Origin: an uncultured archaeon | GTDB lineage: Archaea > Iainarchaeota > Iainarchaeia > Iainarchaeales > CSSED10-239 | NCBI GenBank assembly: GCA_964468895.1 | Contig: CAYXWT010000001.1 | Location: 10,593 to 38,157, forward strand | Direction: 5' to 3' | DNA: 27,565 bases | Shown: positions 7,821 through 17,874 of the stretch, one piece after another | Layout: each line of letters starts with the position of its first letter | Position numbering within the stretch: position 1 is the first letter of the stretch | Notes under the pieces: generated by a model | The model's database searches: none | What the model was told of the DNA's origin: nothing | The model's input: only the letters and a program-made list of their open reading frames with translations | Position numbers and translations under genes: made by a program

Positions 7821-9122
7821 TCAGATTATTATCCTACCATTATGATATATAAAATGATTCTTAGATACTGCTTTTATACTTTTTAAATTTTTAGTTCTAT
7901 ATTTTAATATATTTTTATCTGAATCTACAGATACAACTTCTCCAATCCACATACCATATTTTGAAACTACAGGTAAACCTAAAAATAAGGTAGTAACTTG
8001 ATTAGTAACATTGAATACTCTTATTATTCTATTTAATAATATTAATAACAATGATAATAATATTACAGCTATAATAAATGTTTTTATAGATATTAAATTT
8101 AATATTAATTGTAAACCAAAATCTATAAGTACAGAAAATACAATTATTGCAAAAAATACAAATATAGATTTGCCTAATTTATAAACTTCTTTTAAATAAA
8201 ACAAATCTATAATATCACCTATAACAAATACTAATGAACTTAATACTAAATAACCAAGTATAGCTCTTAAAACATAAATTATTCTTAATAAATAATCGAA
8301 TGCTAAATTTTTGAAATATAAATCAACACCTGAAACAATCCCAAATATTAAAAAGAAAAAACCAACTATATAAAATGCAAAACTAATTTTTGTTAAAGAA
8401 AATTTACTAATTAAGTTATGATAAAGTTTAGATATTTTAGGTTCTAAATTGAAACCTTTTACTAAGAAATAAATTCCTAAAACTAATGCTAATATTTGAA
8501 AGGTATATTTAATACCAAGGAAAAATAATAATAATAATACCAATGCAGGAATTCCAAATATAACTCTTGCAAATACAGGATCTTTAAGTACTTTTTTAAT
8601 GGTATAAAACATACTCTCTAAATGTCTAGATTGTCTTACAATAACAACATCTTTTGAAATTATAGGTACATAATTTTGAACTAAAGGTATTACTTGATCA
8701 TCTTCAGAACCATCTGTGATAAAAACAACCCCGCTTGCAGGAAATTCTAATAACACTTCATTTAGCTGTTCTTGAATATTTTTATCTGCAAAAAATAAAT
8801 TATCTTTAGAATGTCCAGTTAAAGTTGCAATCTCTACAACATAATTTTTTTTTAAATAATTATATTTTTTAAGAGCTCCAAAAATACAATTAGCATCAGA
8901 TTCTTCTGGATCCTCTAATATTAAATCTGTTGCTAATTTTAAATTTGCATCATAACCAATAATAGGTCCAGACACACCTAACAATTTACCAATATCATCA
9001 TCTCTATCTATAGATAGAATTAGTAATTTCTCTTGTACATCCATATTAGGCAAATTAGATTTATTTATTAAAATCTTATCTTTCTTATTAGATTTAATTT
9101 TAGATTTTTGTTTAGACTTCAT
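7821..9122 (-). CDS. DUF373-family archaeal integral membrane protein.
   Basis: The soluble N-terminal domain has the pattern LSIDRDDDIGK...GPIIG...LILEDPEESDANCIFGALK. It is followed by about 6-7 hydrophobic helices and a short C-terminal soluble extension. Confidence 0.75.
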   Translation of the reverse strand: MKSKQKSKIKSNKKDKILINKSNLPNMDVQEKLLILSIDRDDDIGKLLGVSGPIIGYDANLKLATDLILEDPEESDANCIFGALKKYNYLKKNYVVEIATLTGHSKDNLFFADKNIQEQLNEVLLEFPASGVVFITDGSEDDQVIPLVQNYVPIISKDVVIVRQSRHLESMFYTIKKVLKDPVFARVIFGIPALVLLLLFFLGIKYTFQILALVLGIYFLVKGFNLEPKISKLYHNLISKFSLTKISFAFYIVGFFFLIFGIVSGVDLYFKNLAFDYLLRIIYVLRAILGYLVLSSLVFVIGDIIDLFYLKEVYKLGKSIFVFFAIIVFSVLIDFGLQLILNLISIKTFIIAVILLSLLLILLNRIIRVFNVTNQVTTLFLGLPVVSKYGMWIGEVVSVDSDKNILKYRTKNLKSIKAVSKNHFIYHNGRIII

Positions 9123-9335
9123 AATTACTTATTCTAAAAAGTATTTTAATAATATTATATTAAATATATAATTTAGTGTTTAAATACTTAACTATTTTTG
9201 AAATACAACTCTTTTTTAAAAATAAATGATTTAATCATTAATAATTAAAATAAACAATAACCAATAATATATAAATATATTGGAGTACATTATTTTTAAT
9301 TATAATAAATATATATAATAATGTTTTGAGAAAAT

Positions 9336-10430
9336 ATGGTAAATAAAAAATATGATAATATAAAAAGTAATTTTTTTAATATAAGTATAATTGTTGTAAT
9401 ATTACTTATAGTTTTATTCTTAATAACAGATGATTTCACAAAAAAAATAAGTTTTATAATTATAATTGGTATTTTAGGAATAGTAATTTTATTTAAATTT
9501 AAAATTATATTACAATTAAAAGATTATGAACGAGCTGTTATTTTTAGATTTGGTAAAGTTAATAGAGTTGGAGGTCCTGGCTGGGCAATTATATTACCAT
9601 TTATAGAAAAACCAAATATTGTAACTCTTAGAACACAAGTTTTTGATAGTCCACCACAACAAATAATTACTAAAGACAATATTAGACTAACCATTGATAC
9701 AGTACTATTTTTATCAATTGATGCTGCTAAAGAAAACGTCATAAATTCTATAGTTAAGGTAGAAGATTATAAAAAAGCTGCTACAATGTTTGTAAGTGCA
9801 GCTCTTAGAGATATATTAGGTGAATTTGTACTTTCAGAAGTGATTACAAACACAGAAAATATCAATCATCAAATAACAGAATCCCTTAAAAGTGTTGCTC
9901 AAGAATGGGGTGTTAAAGTACAGGCTGTTGAAATTAGTGATATTCAAATTCCTGAAAATATAATAGAATCTATGCATGAACAAAAAGCAGCTGTACAAAA
10001 AAAATTAGCAGTTTATGAACTTGCTGAATCAGAAAAAGCCAAAATTTTAGCAGTTAAAGAAGCTACAGAACAACTTTCAGATAAAGCTGTAATTTATTAT
10101 TATATCAAAGCTCTTGAAAAAATGGCAGAAGGTAAATCTTCAAAAATAATATTCCCTATGGAACTTACAAGTTTACTAAGTAAAATTACTGGAAACATTA
10201 CTGGAAATGTTACCAATAATTTAAATGATTTAAAAGTAAATAAAACTGATGAAAAACAACTTGAAAAATATTTACCATTATTACAAGGTTATCTTTCTAA
10301 AGGGAATAAACCCAAAATTAAAATTAAAAAAACAAAAACTGCTACTAAATCTAAAACTAAAAAAAGAAAAACTAAAAAAACAAGTGTTAAACCTAAAAAA
10401 AAGAAAGTAAAAAGAAAAACTAAAAAATAA
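9336..10430 (+). CDS. SPFH/band-7 (stomatin/prohibitin-like) membrane protein with a polybasic C-terminal tail.
   Basis: N-terminal TM segments are followed by the stomatin core: YERAVIFRFGKV..GPGW.IILPFIE......TLRTQVFDSPPQQIITKDNIRLTIDTVLF...GVKVQAVEISDIQIP. The last 40 or so residues are almost all K/T (KPKIKIKKTKTATKSKTKKRKTKKTSVKPKKKKVKRKTKK). Confidence 0.9.
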   Translation: MVNKKYDNIKSNFFNISIIVVILLIVLFLITDDFTKKISFIIIIGILGIVILFKFKIILQLKDYERAVIFRFGKVNRVGGPGWAIILPFIEKPNIVTLRTQVFDSPPQQIITKDNIRLTIDTVLFLSIDAAKENVINSIVKVEDYKKAATMFVSAALRDILGEFVLSEVITNTENINHQITESLKSVAQEWGVKVQAVEISDIQIPENIIESMHEQKAAVQKKLAVYELAESEKAKILAVKEATEQLSDKAVIYYYIKALEKMAEGKSSKIIFPMELTSLLSKITGNITGNVTNNLNDLKVNKTDEKQLEKYLPLLQGYLSKGNKPKIKIKKTKTATKSKTKKRKTKKTSVKPKKKKVKRKTKK

Positions 10431-10432
10431 AT

Positions 10433-11032
10433 TTATTTGAATTCTTCTAAAAAAGAATTTTCAAATTCTTTTAGTTTTTTAAAGTTTTGATCTAATTTAT
10501 GATTTGCTAATTTCAACACTTCTTCTAAATATTTTTCAGATACTAACAAATCGTTATCTTTTTTAATTAAAGTTGACATAAAAACTGTATTAGTTACTTC
10601 TAAAATAAACTTACCTTCTTTAGCACTAATAATTCCTGCTTTTTTTAAACCAAAGTTTCTACAAAATTGCAATATTCGTTCAGCAGTACTGTAATCTTTA
10701 CAACCTATATGAAAAATAAAAGGTTCTACTTTCAACCACAAATAATTTTCTTTAGAATTATTTATTGCTTCTATAAATTCATTAAAAGAAATTAGTCTAT
10801 GAAATTTCTTGTGAAAAAAAGAATACTTTTTATTTTCAGTAATATCACTACTTAAAAGTAATATTCTTCCACAACAACTACTAGATGTAAAAATATAAGG
10901 TATATCAATTATTTTCTTTAAAAAAGGTACAATAGGCTCATCTGCTTTTTCTTCTTTAATAGCTTTAAGTAAAGTCTCTGTATGATGTTTTTTTACCATT
11001 TCAAATCTAGAATCTGTCAAATTTTGAATCAT
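10433..11032 (-). CDS. taw3: tRNA wyosine-derivative methyltransferase Taw3 (TYW3 family).
   Basis: The TYW3 hallmark TSSSCCGRI is present (family consensus approximately TSSCSGRI), and 199 aa is typical of archaeal Taw3. Confidence 0.8.
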   Translation of the reverse strand: MIQNLTDSRFEMVKKHHTETLLKAIKEEKADEPIVPFLKKIIDIPYIFTSSSCCGRILLLSSDITENKKYSFFHKKFHRLISFNEFIEAINNSKENYLWLKVEPFIFHIGCKDYSTAERILQFCRNFGLKKAGIISAKEGKFILEVTNTVFMSTLIKKDNDLLVSEKYLEEVLKLANHKLDQNFKKLKEFENSFLEEFK

Positions 11033-11156
11033 AATATCATCTTATTTTTTTATATTTAATCTATTTTATAAATATATATAGTAAACAAATATTTAAAATA
11101 AGTATTATCTAAAGATATATAAAAATATATTAATTTTAGTAAAACAATAGATAAAT

Positions 11157-11987
11157 ATGAAAAAAATATTAGTTTTAAGTTTAATTTTAATAGCTTGCCT
11201 ATTATTACAAATTAACACCATCAACAGTTTAGAAATACTTGAACCTATAATTCAAGAAATAGGTTATAGTAATTATGTTGATATAGGATACATAAGTGCT
11301 GATGAAGAATTTCTAATTAGTTTTTTATTAGAAAATAATGAAGATTACTTTCAAATTAATTTGTCAGAAGATAGCTCCAAAATAGCTTTAGTAGAAAACA
11401 CCTTAAAAACTAAAGAAAGTATTTTTACAAAAATTAAAATTAAAAAAGATGTTGAAGGAAACAAAGAAATTAAATTAATATTAAAATCAAAAGAATATAA
11501 AGATAAAGAAATTATAATTATTACTAATATTAAAAATAACACTTTACATAATTTAATATTACCATATAAAAAAGAAAGTAAAATTAATATTTTAAAAGAA
11601 ATAAATTTAAAAATATTTAATAAAGCAAATAGTAGTAAAAAAATTGTAATTGCTTCAGATTTAAGTAATTATTGGTTTGATGAAAAAAATCCAAAAATCA
11701 TTTCAGATTTACTACAACCTAATTCTTCAAAAATATTAAAATATAAAGTAATACCACCAATAATAGGATGCACTAAATTTAATATCTATATTTTTAATAA
11801 TTATAATTATGACAAAAGTCTTAAAAATAATTTAGAAAATACTAATAATTATAAAATTGAAGAAATAGAATTAGATACTATTAAAACACTAAATTCTATA
11901 TTTCAAACTAAAAGACATCAATTACCATTATTTGGAGTTAACTCTTTACCAGTTTACTTCTTTAATAACATTATAAGAATATTATAA
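11157..11987 (+). CDS. Secreted or cell-surface hypothetical protein (276 aa).
   Basis: N-terminal signal peptide MKKILVLSLILIACLLLQINTINS. The body is Asn/Lys/Ile-rich with strand-like periodicity, and the C-terminus is hydrophobic (LPLFGVNSLPVYFFNNIIRIL). Confidence 0.6.
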   Translation: MKKILVLSLILIACLLLQINTINSLEILEPIIQEIGYSNYVDIGYISADEEFLISFLLENNEDYFQINLSEDSSKIALVENTLKTKESIFTKIKIKKDVEGNKEIKLILKSKEYKDKEIIIITNIKNNTLHNLILPYKKESKINILKEINLKIFNKANSSKKIVIASDLSNYWFDEKNPKIISDLLQPNSSKILKYKVIPPIIGCTKFNIYIFNNYNYDKSLKNNLENTNNYKIEEIELDTIKTLNSIFQTKRHQLPLFGVNSLPVYFFNNIIRIL

Positions 11988-12023
11988 ATATTTTTATATA
12001 TAAATTTTTTAAAAAGTAATTTT

Positions 12024-13562
12024 ATGAACTCTAAATATATACAAAATATAAAAATGTTTTTTAAAGACATTAATAATAAAGATCTAACTAAACAACAATT
12101 TGAAAATAAAAAAGTTGAATTTGCAAAAAAATATCATTTAAAAAAATTACCTTTAACTTCAGATATTTTAAATTCAATAACTACTACAAATATACCTTCT
12201 TTTTTAGTTACTAAACCATCTAGAACAAAATCTGGAGTTACAGTTATTGCAATAATGATTAAACCTCATCATTGTCCTGGCAAGTGTATATACTGTCCAA
12301 ATTCAAAAAAAGCACCTAAGAGTTACACTGGTTTTGAACCTGCGGCTATGAGAGCTATAAGAAATAATTTTGATGCTTATAAACAAATTAAAGATAGATT
12401 AAAACAATTCACTTCTATAGGACACCCAACTAATAAATTAGAAGTAATTATTATGGGGGGTACGTTTCCTGCAACTACTCAAAATTATCAAAATAAATTT
12501 ATTACAGATATGTACCAAGCAATTACAGATAGTAAAAGCAAAAATTTAGAATTTCTTAAAAAAAAAGCAATGTACTCTGAAAAAAGAATTGTTGGTCTAA
12601 CTTTTGAAACTAGACCAGATTATTGTGATGATAAAATAATCACACAATTTTTAAATTATGGTGGTACTAGAGTTGAAATTGGAGTTCAAATTGCTGATGA
12701 TAAAGTACTAAAATTTGTAGACAGAGGTCATGGAATTAAAGAAATTATAGATACAACTAGAAATCTTAAAGATGCTGGTTTTAAAGTATTATATCATGTT
12801 ATGCTAGGTTTACCTAGTAGTAATTATAAAAATGATTTGAAAAGATTTAAAGAATTATTTGCAAATCCAGATTATTGCCCTGATATGCTAAAAATTTATC
12901 CTTGTTTAGTAACTAAAGATACTATTATAGAAAAAATGTTATATAAGGGTGAATACACACCTTATGATACTAATATAGCTATTAAATTAATAGCAGATAT
13001 GAAAGAATTTGTACCTAAATGGGTTAGAATAATGAGAATACAAAGAGATATACCTACAACCCAAATAATAGCTGGAGTTTATAAAAGTAATTTAAGACAA
13101 TTAGTTGAAAAAGAACTTATAAGTAGAAATAAAAAGTGTAATTGTATTAGATGTTCTGAACCTAGAGATAAAGATGTAGATATAAAAGATTATAAAATTA
13201 AAAAAATTAAATATTCTGCTTCTAAAGGTACAGAATATTTTATATATGCAGAAAAAGAAAATTATCTTTTAGGGTTTATTAGGTTAAGATTCCCTTATCA
13301 ACCATTTATTAAAGAAATTAATAATAAAACTACACTAGTTAGAGAATTACACGTTTATGGCCAAAGCACAAAATTTAAAAGTAAAAATATACAACATACT
13401 GGAATTGGTAAAAAACTTTTAAAAATAGCTGAAGAAATAAGTTTAAAAAATGATTTCAATAAAATGTCTGTTATTAGTGGAATTGGTGTTAGAGAATATT
13501 ATAAAAAACAAGGATATTATTTAGATAATAATTATATGAGCAAAACACTACTTAAAAAATAA
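12024..13562 (+). CDS. elp3: Elp3-type radical-SAM/GNAT tRNA U34 modification enzyme.
   Basis: Radical-SAM cysteine cluster CPGKCIYCP, with TFETRPDY and VEIGVQ blocks. The C-terminal GNAT region (VRELHVYG...QH.GIGKKLL..AE) and the 512-aa length are typical. Confidence 0.93.
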   Translation: MNSKYIQNIKMFFKDINNKDLTKQQFENKKVEFAKKYHLKKLPLTSDILNSITTTNIPSFLVTKPSRTKSGVTVIAIMIKPHHCPGKCIYCPNSKKAPKSYTGFEPAAMRAIRNNFDAYKQIKDRLKQFTSIGHPTNKLEVIIMGGTFPATTQNYQNKFITDMYQAITDSKSKNLEFLKKKAMYSEKRIVGLTFETRPDYCDDKIITQFLNYGGTRVEIGVQIADDKVLKFVDRGHGIKEIIDTTRNLKDAGFKVLYHVMLGLPSSNYKNDLKRFKELFANPDYCPDMLKIYPCLVTKDTIIEKMLYKGEYTPYDTNIAIKLIADMKEFVPKWVRIMRIQRDIPTTQIIAGVYKSNLRQLVEKELISRNKKCNCIRCSEPRDKDVDIKDYKIKKIKYSASKGTEYFIYAEKENYLLGFIRLRFPYQPFIKEINNKTTLVRELHVYGQSTKFKSKNIQHTGIGKKLLKIAEEISLKNDFNKMSVISGIGVREYYKKQGYYLDNNYMSKTLLKK

Positions 13563-13575
13563 ATGTTGAGAAATC

Positions 13576-13890
13576 ATGACTATAAATATAAAAGATACTT
13601 TAGTTAAAAGTTTAGAAGAAAACCCTCAATTATACAAAATTTTTAATTCTAAAGACTACATTTTAGTTTTAGAAGAATTTTATTGTAAAAAAAACTTAAA
13701 TATTGAAGATTTACAAAGAAACATAAATATAAAAAAATATGCTATATTATATAATATATTAGATAGCCTAATAAGAGAAAAATTAATTAAAAAAATTAAA
13801 GTAGATAATAATGATATTTACTTTATTACAGATACTGGTAAAAAAATAATAGAGTTATATAAAAAAACAAAAGAAGAATTTAAACTATAA
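13576..13890 (+). CDS. Small winged-helix (ArsR/MarR-like) DNA-binding protein.
   Basis: 104 aa with the pattern ILVLEEF..KKNLNIEDLQRNINIKKYAILYNILDSLIREKLIKKIKVDNNDIYFITDTGKK (HTH plus wing). It starts 14 nt after the elp3 stop. Confidence 0.55.
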   Translation: MTINIKDTLVKSLEENPQLYKIFNSKDYILVLEEFYCKKNLNIEDLQRNINIKKYAILYNILDSLIREKLIKKIKVDNNDIYFITDTGKKIIELYKKTKEEFKL

Positions 13891-13910
13891 AAAAATAATG
13901 GTGATATAAA

Positions 13911-14261
13911 ATGAATGTTTTCTTAGGTGTTTTAAGTACTGGAAAAGGTACTTGGGGACAAGTAGCACACATAATTGACAATAAAGACTATGATAAAGTG
14001 TATTTAGTTTCTAATGAATGGGCACAAGATAAATTTAATTGTACCAAAACTATTAACTGGATAATAATAGATCCTAGAAAAGGCTTTAGTGAAATCATGG
14101 ATGATTTAGAAAAACAATGGCCTACTGATATTCAAGAAATTGATTTAAATATACATTCTGGCAGTGGTAAAGAACATAGTGCAATATTAGCTTTATTAAA
14201 TCAAAAAAAAGTAAAATATAGTATTATAACAATAAATGCTGAAGGTATACAAAAATATTAA
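13911..14261 (+). CDS. Small Rossmann-like protein with CARF-like glycine motifs (116 aa). Hypothetical.
   Basis: Alternating strand/helix pattern. First-strand motif VFLGVLSTGKGTWGQV and late motif IDLNIHSGSGKEHSAILALL. A GGTGA Shine-Dalgarno-like sequence lies 7 nt upstream of the ATG. Confidence 0.55.
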   Translation: MNVFLGVLSTGKGTWGQVAHIIDNKDYDKVYLVSNEWAQDKFNCTKTINWIIIDPRKGFSEIMDDLEKQWPTDIQEIDLNIHSGSGKEHSAILALLNQKKVKYSIITINAEGIQKY

Positions 14262-14271
14262 ATAATTAATT

Positions 14272-17200
14272 ATGAAAAGGTGTTACTATAAACACCTCAT
14301 AGTTACAATCATAATAGTTTTAATCTATCTAAGTGGGTGTTTAGATAAACTTTCAACTTATGAAAAACAAGATTGTATTACAGCTACACATTATGCAGAA
14401 ACTTCAATACCTATTTGTAGTTCTCAAAAAAATTGCTATAAAAAATTAGAAACTCTTTCTTTTAATAGTTCTAATAAATTACCTACTAACATTAGTAACA
14501 AATTAGAATTTTATAAAAATAATATTAGTTCAAGTATATTCTATTTTAATAACAGTAAAGAACTATTAAATAAAATTAATAAAAACTGTAAAAATAACAA
14601 ATTTGATATTGAACTTATTGATAATATTAATGATCTTTTTTTTAATATATCTCAGGTTTTTAGCTATTTAGATAAAGGTAATGAAAACACAATAAATATT
14701 TTAAAAGATTATGCAATATATTTTAAAAATCAAGATATTTATGAAATTAGTGAAGAAGAATTATATTCTGATTTTATTGAAATTAATAATAATATAAATG
14801 AACTTCAAAAGGAAGATATAGAAAACAACAGTTATGTTTCTTATATGAAACAAGACTCCAAAGAAATTAATATATTTGCTAAACAATTAGGTTTTAAAAA
14901 AACCTACCTTTCAAAGGTAAATTATATTGATCTTTATAGTTATTATTTTGATTTAACTACAGATCCTCAAGAAAGATTATTAGTTCCAAAAAGTGGACTT
15001 TCTTCTACATACATAATTTCTTTTGTATCTAAATTAGAAAGTATTAGTAAAGCTAATAAAAAATTAAAAACTCTTAATTCTTATGATTTATATTTACTAT
15101 ACGATAGAATGTTTGGCTTTAATAATTCAACTTTAATTAAATTTAAAATATTGAATAATAAAATTATTCTAGATTATGATATTATTTTAGATAAAATAAT
15201 TGAACTTGAAAACTATGGTAGAGATAATTATAATTATATAGATGATTCTAAAAAAAGCGTTTTTATTAAAAACAAATATAATTATTTACATAATAATCTT
15301 AGTTTCGGAAAATATTTATCAACACTAAAAACAATTAAAAACAATATAGAATATAATAAACTAAATCTTGAAAATCAACAAATAATAAATAATGATAAAA
15401 TAAAAGAATGTGAAGATATAGTTTTAGATTATAAAAATACAGAAAATATATATTTAAAAAGCTTAATTGAAAAATATACTATTGAAGATAATTTACTTCT
15501 AAAAATAGAGCTGTGTAATAAAATAAAAGATAATCTAAATTATGAAGATTGTACAAATATAATTAGTCAGCTAGTACTTTTGGATATTTCTGAATTAGAA
15601 AATATCGATTTTATAAATTTAGAAGATATCAATTCCATACAATGTAATAATATATTAGGAAATATCAATTACTTTTTAGTAAATAATTCAAAAATTAAAT
15701 ATTTAAATAACATCTGTAAAAACAATTTGTTTCTAATTTCAGAAAGTAAAAAAATTGAAGATGATTCTAATTTAAGAATTATAAACTTAGAATCTAGAGT
15801 TATTGAAATTAAAAACCTACAAAATTATCTAAAAATACAAAATATAGATCTTTTAATTCAAGAAAGTTTGGAAGTCAATACAGAAATTAAAGAAATTAAT
15901 AAAAATAAATTAGAAAATAGTATTTCTGAAAATCAGATAATTAGATATATAAATAACAACTACTATTTAGAATTAGAAAGTGTTTTTGATTATAAAATAT
16001 ATGATTTAGAAACAACTCATAACTTTGAAGATATTACTTCTAATGATGAATTACTTAATATTAGAAATAAATATTTCACTGTAAGTTACCTAAATAATGG
16101 TTTAAATTACTTTTTAGTAAATTATAACAATGTTCAAAATATATTTGAAAAGATTTTATTGTTAAATTTAGACAAATCACTTTTAGAAATAAATATAGAA
16201 AATACAATTACAGGTATAGAAGATATATACTATATTGGTAGTGGCGAACTAATCGATAATACCAATTTTATTGATAGCAACGGATACTTACATTATACAA
16301 CTAATAAAAATAACAAAATATTAGTTCTTAAAAAAATTCTAAATAAAGAAATTACTAATTTAGAATTTATAGAATTATCAGAAAATAAATTTATTAAAAA
16401 AGAAATTATAACTATAGAAAACATAACTAATAAAGATATTGATCAAATATTATATTTTAAAGATTTAGATTTAAATGAAGCTTTATTAATAAAATATAAT
16501 TCTAAAGATTTAGATTATGATATAATTAATGATTACATTACTTTTAATATCACTTTAGAACCTTATGATTTAAAATATTATGAAGTGTTAGCACTTAAAG
16601 ATAAAACAACTGTTTTTGAAGAAATACAATTTATAATTAATACTTTAAATAGCCTGAAAAATTCTATTTTTGAAGATATTTCTAATGAAGCTAATGATAT
16701 AAATATAGTTTTTAAAAATTTAGAAGACTATACAATTACAGAAATACAAGAAATTTATATTTTATCTATAGATATTTTCGAATTAGAGGAATTAGAGTTA
16801 AATAATATAAATCTAGAAAATTTATATAATCTTAAAATAAATGTTGTTGAAAGCTATAATTTAAATTCAGAAGAACTTGAAGAACTAGATGAAATAGATT
16901 CTAAAAAATATGATAACATAAATTGGAGTTATAATCAATTAATAGACTTAGAAGAAAGAATATTACAAAGATTAATAATTCAAGAAGATATTGATGTTAA
17001 TGATATTGACAGTTTATTTTTAGATAATATTAATTTGATTGAAGATTATAATATCACAAATTCAACTATAGATAATATAATTAATAAATTTAAAAATTCA
17101 GAAGATTTAATTGAAAAAAAGAAATTACTTGAAAAAATAGATTCTGAAATAAATAAAGAATTAAAAATTAATTTAGACTTAATTTATAATTTAATTATTA

Positions 17201-17805
17201 CCTTCGATAATATTGATTGGGATGAATTTAATTTAAATTTAGAAATATTAAATTTGCAATATGAAAATATTGATTTATTAGATCTTTATTCTGTAAATTA
17301 TTATCCTAAAATTAATCAATATGATATTGATAGAATTTCTAAAAAAATTAAAGATGTTAATACTAAAACTTTTAAAAATAAAATTACCAATTTTAAAACA
17401 CAATATAATAACAATAATTTAGAACTTGCAAATAATATATTCAATAAAACTAATGTTATAAAATTAGATGATTTTATAGTAGAAGTAGAATTAGTAAATG
17501 ATTACATAACAGAACTTAAAAATTATACTTTACAATTAATTAAAAATGATGATTCAAAATTAAATATAGATACAATTAATTTAGCTCAAGAAAAATATGA
17601 AAATAAAAGATATTTTGAGGCAATATTTCTACTTAAAAAAGGAAATTCAAAACTTAATGGTGCTAATAATACTAGTAATTTATTACAAAATATCATTATT
17701 ATAATTATATTTGGGATCTTATTTCTAATATATTTATATTTTAATAAAAATAAGAAAAAAATAAACTATAAAGAAAGAAAACAAAAAGTCATAAGACATT
17801 ATTAG
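14272..17805 (+). CDS. Giant (1177 aa) Asn/Ile/Glu-rich cell-surface protein with an N-terminal lipobox-like signal and a C-terminal TM anchor.
   Basis: N-terminus: MKRCYYKHLIVTIIIVLIYLSGC (an L-S-G-C lipobox-like motif). C-terminus: IIIIIIFGILFLIYLYF followed by a basic tail. The body carries many N-x-S/T sequons. Cysteines after the lipobox fall within roughly residues 34-481. No enzymatic motif recognised. Confidence 0.75.
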   Translation: MKRCYYKHLIVTIIIVLIYLSGCLDKLSTYEKQDCITATHYAETSIPICSSQKNCYKKLETLSFNSSNKLPTNISNKLEFYKNNISSSIFYFNNSKELLNKINKNCKNNKFDIELIDNINDLFFNISQVFSYLDKGNENTINILKDYAIYFKNQDIYEISEEELYSDFIEINNNINELQKEDIENNSYVSYMKQDSKEINIFAKQLGFKKTYLSKVNYIDLYSYYFDLTTDPQERLLVPKSGLSSTYIISFVSKLESISKANKKLKTLNSYDLYLLYDRMFGFNNSTLIKFKILNNKIILDYDIILDKIIELENYGRDNYNYIDDSKKSVFIKNKYNYLHNNLSFGKYLSTLKTIKNNIEYNKLNLENQQIINNDKIKECEDIVLDYKNTENIYLKSLIEKYTIEDNLLLKIELCNKIKDNLNYEDCTNIISQLVLLDISELENIDFINLEDINSIQCNNILGNINYFLVNNSKIKYLNNICKNNLFLISESKKIEDDSNLRIINLESRVIEIKNLQNYLKIQNIDLLIQESLEVNTEIKEINKNKLENSISENQIIRYINNNYYLELESVFDYKIYDLETTHNFEDITSNDELLNIRNKYFTVSYLNNGLNYFLVNYNNVQNIFEKILLLNLDKSLLEINIENTITGIEDIYYIGSGELIDNTNFIDSNGYLHYTTNKNNKILVLKKILNKEITNLEFIELSENKFIKKEIITIENITNKDIDQILYFKDLDLNEALLIKYNSKDLDYDIINDYITFNITLEPYDLKYYEVLALKDKTTVFEEIQFIINTLNSLKNSIFEDISNEANDINIVFKNLEDYTITEIQEIYILSIDIFELEELELNNINLENLYNLKINVVESYNLNSEELEELDEIDSKKYDNINWSYNQLIDLEERILQRLIIQEDIDVNDIDSLFLDNINLIEDYNITNSTIDNIINKFKNSEDLIEKKKLLEKIDSEINKELKINLDLIYNLIITFDNIDWDEFNLNLEILNLQYENIDLLDLYSVNYYPKINQYDIDRISKKIKDVNTKTFKNKITNFKTQYNNNNLELANNIFNKTNVIKLDDFIVEVELVNDYITELKNYTLQLIKNDDSKLNIDTINLAQEKYENKRYFEAIFLLKKGNSKLNGANNTSNLLQNIIIIIIFGILFLIYLYFNKNKKKINYKERKQKVIRHY

Positions 17806-17874
17806 TTTTTTAAAATAAGTTTTTAAAATATTCTATATGTATATATATAAATATTAGTAATAAATTGAGAAAAT

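Noticed and set aside
9224-9240. 15-bp palindrome AATGATT-T-AATCATT in the DUF373 / SPFH divergent intergenic region.
   Set aside because: Short AT-rich palindromes of this size are expected by chance in about 75 percent AT intergenic DNA. I saw no second copy or phasing.
10189-10224. Short in-frame tandem repeat (ATTACTGGAAAC-like units encoding ITGNITGNVT) in the SPFH gene.
   Set aside because: Only about two to three imperfect units, consistent with local slippage in a low-complexity linker. Not an independent element.
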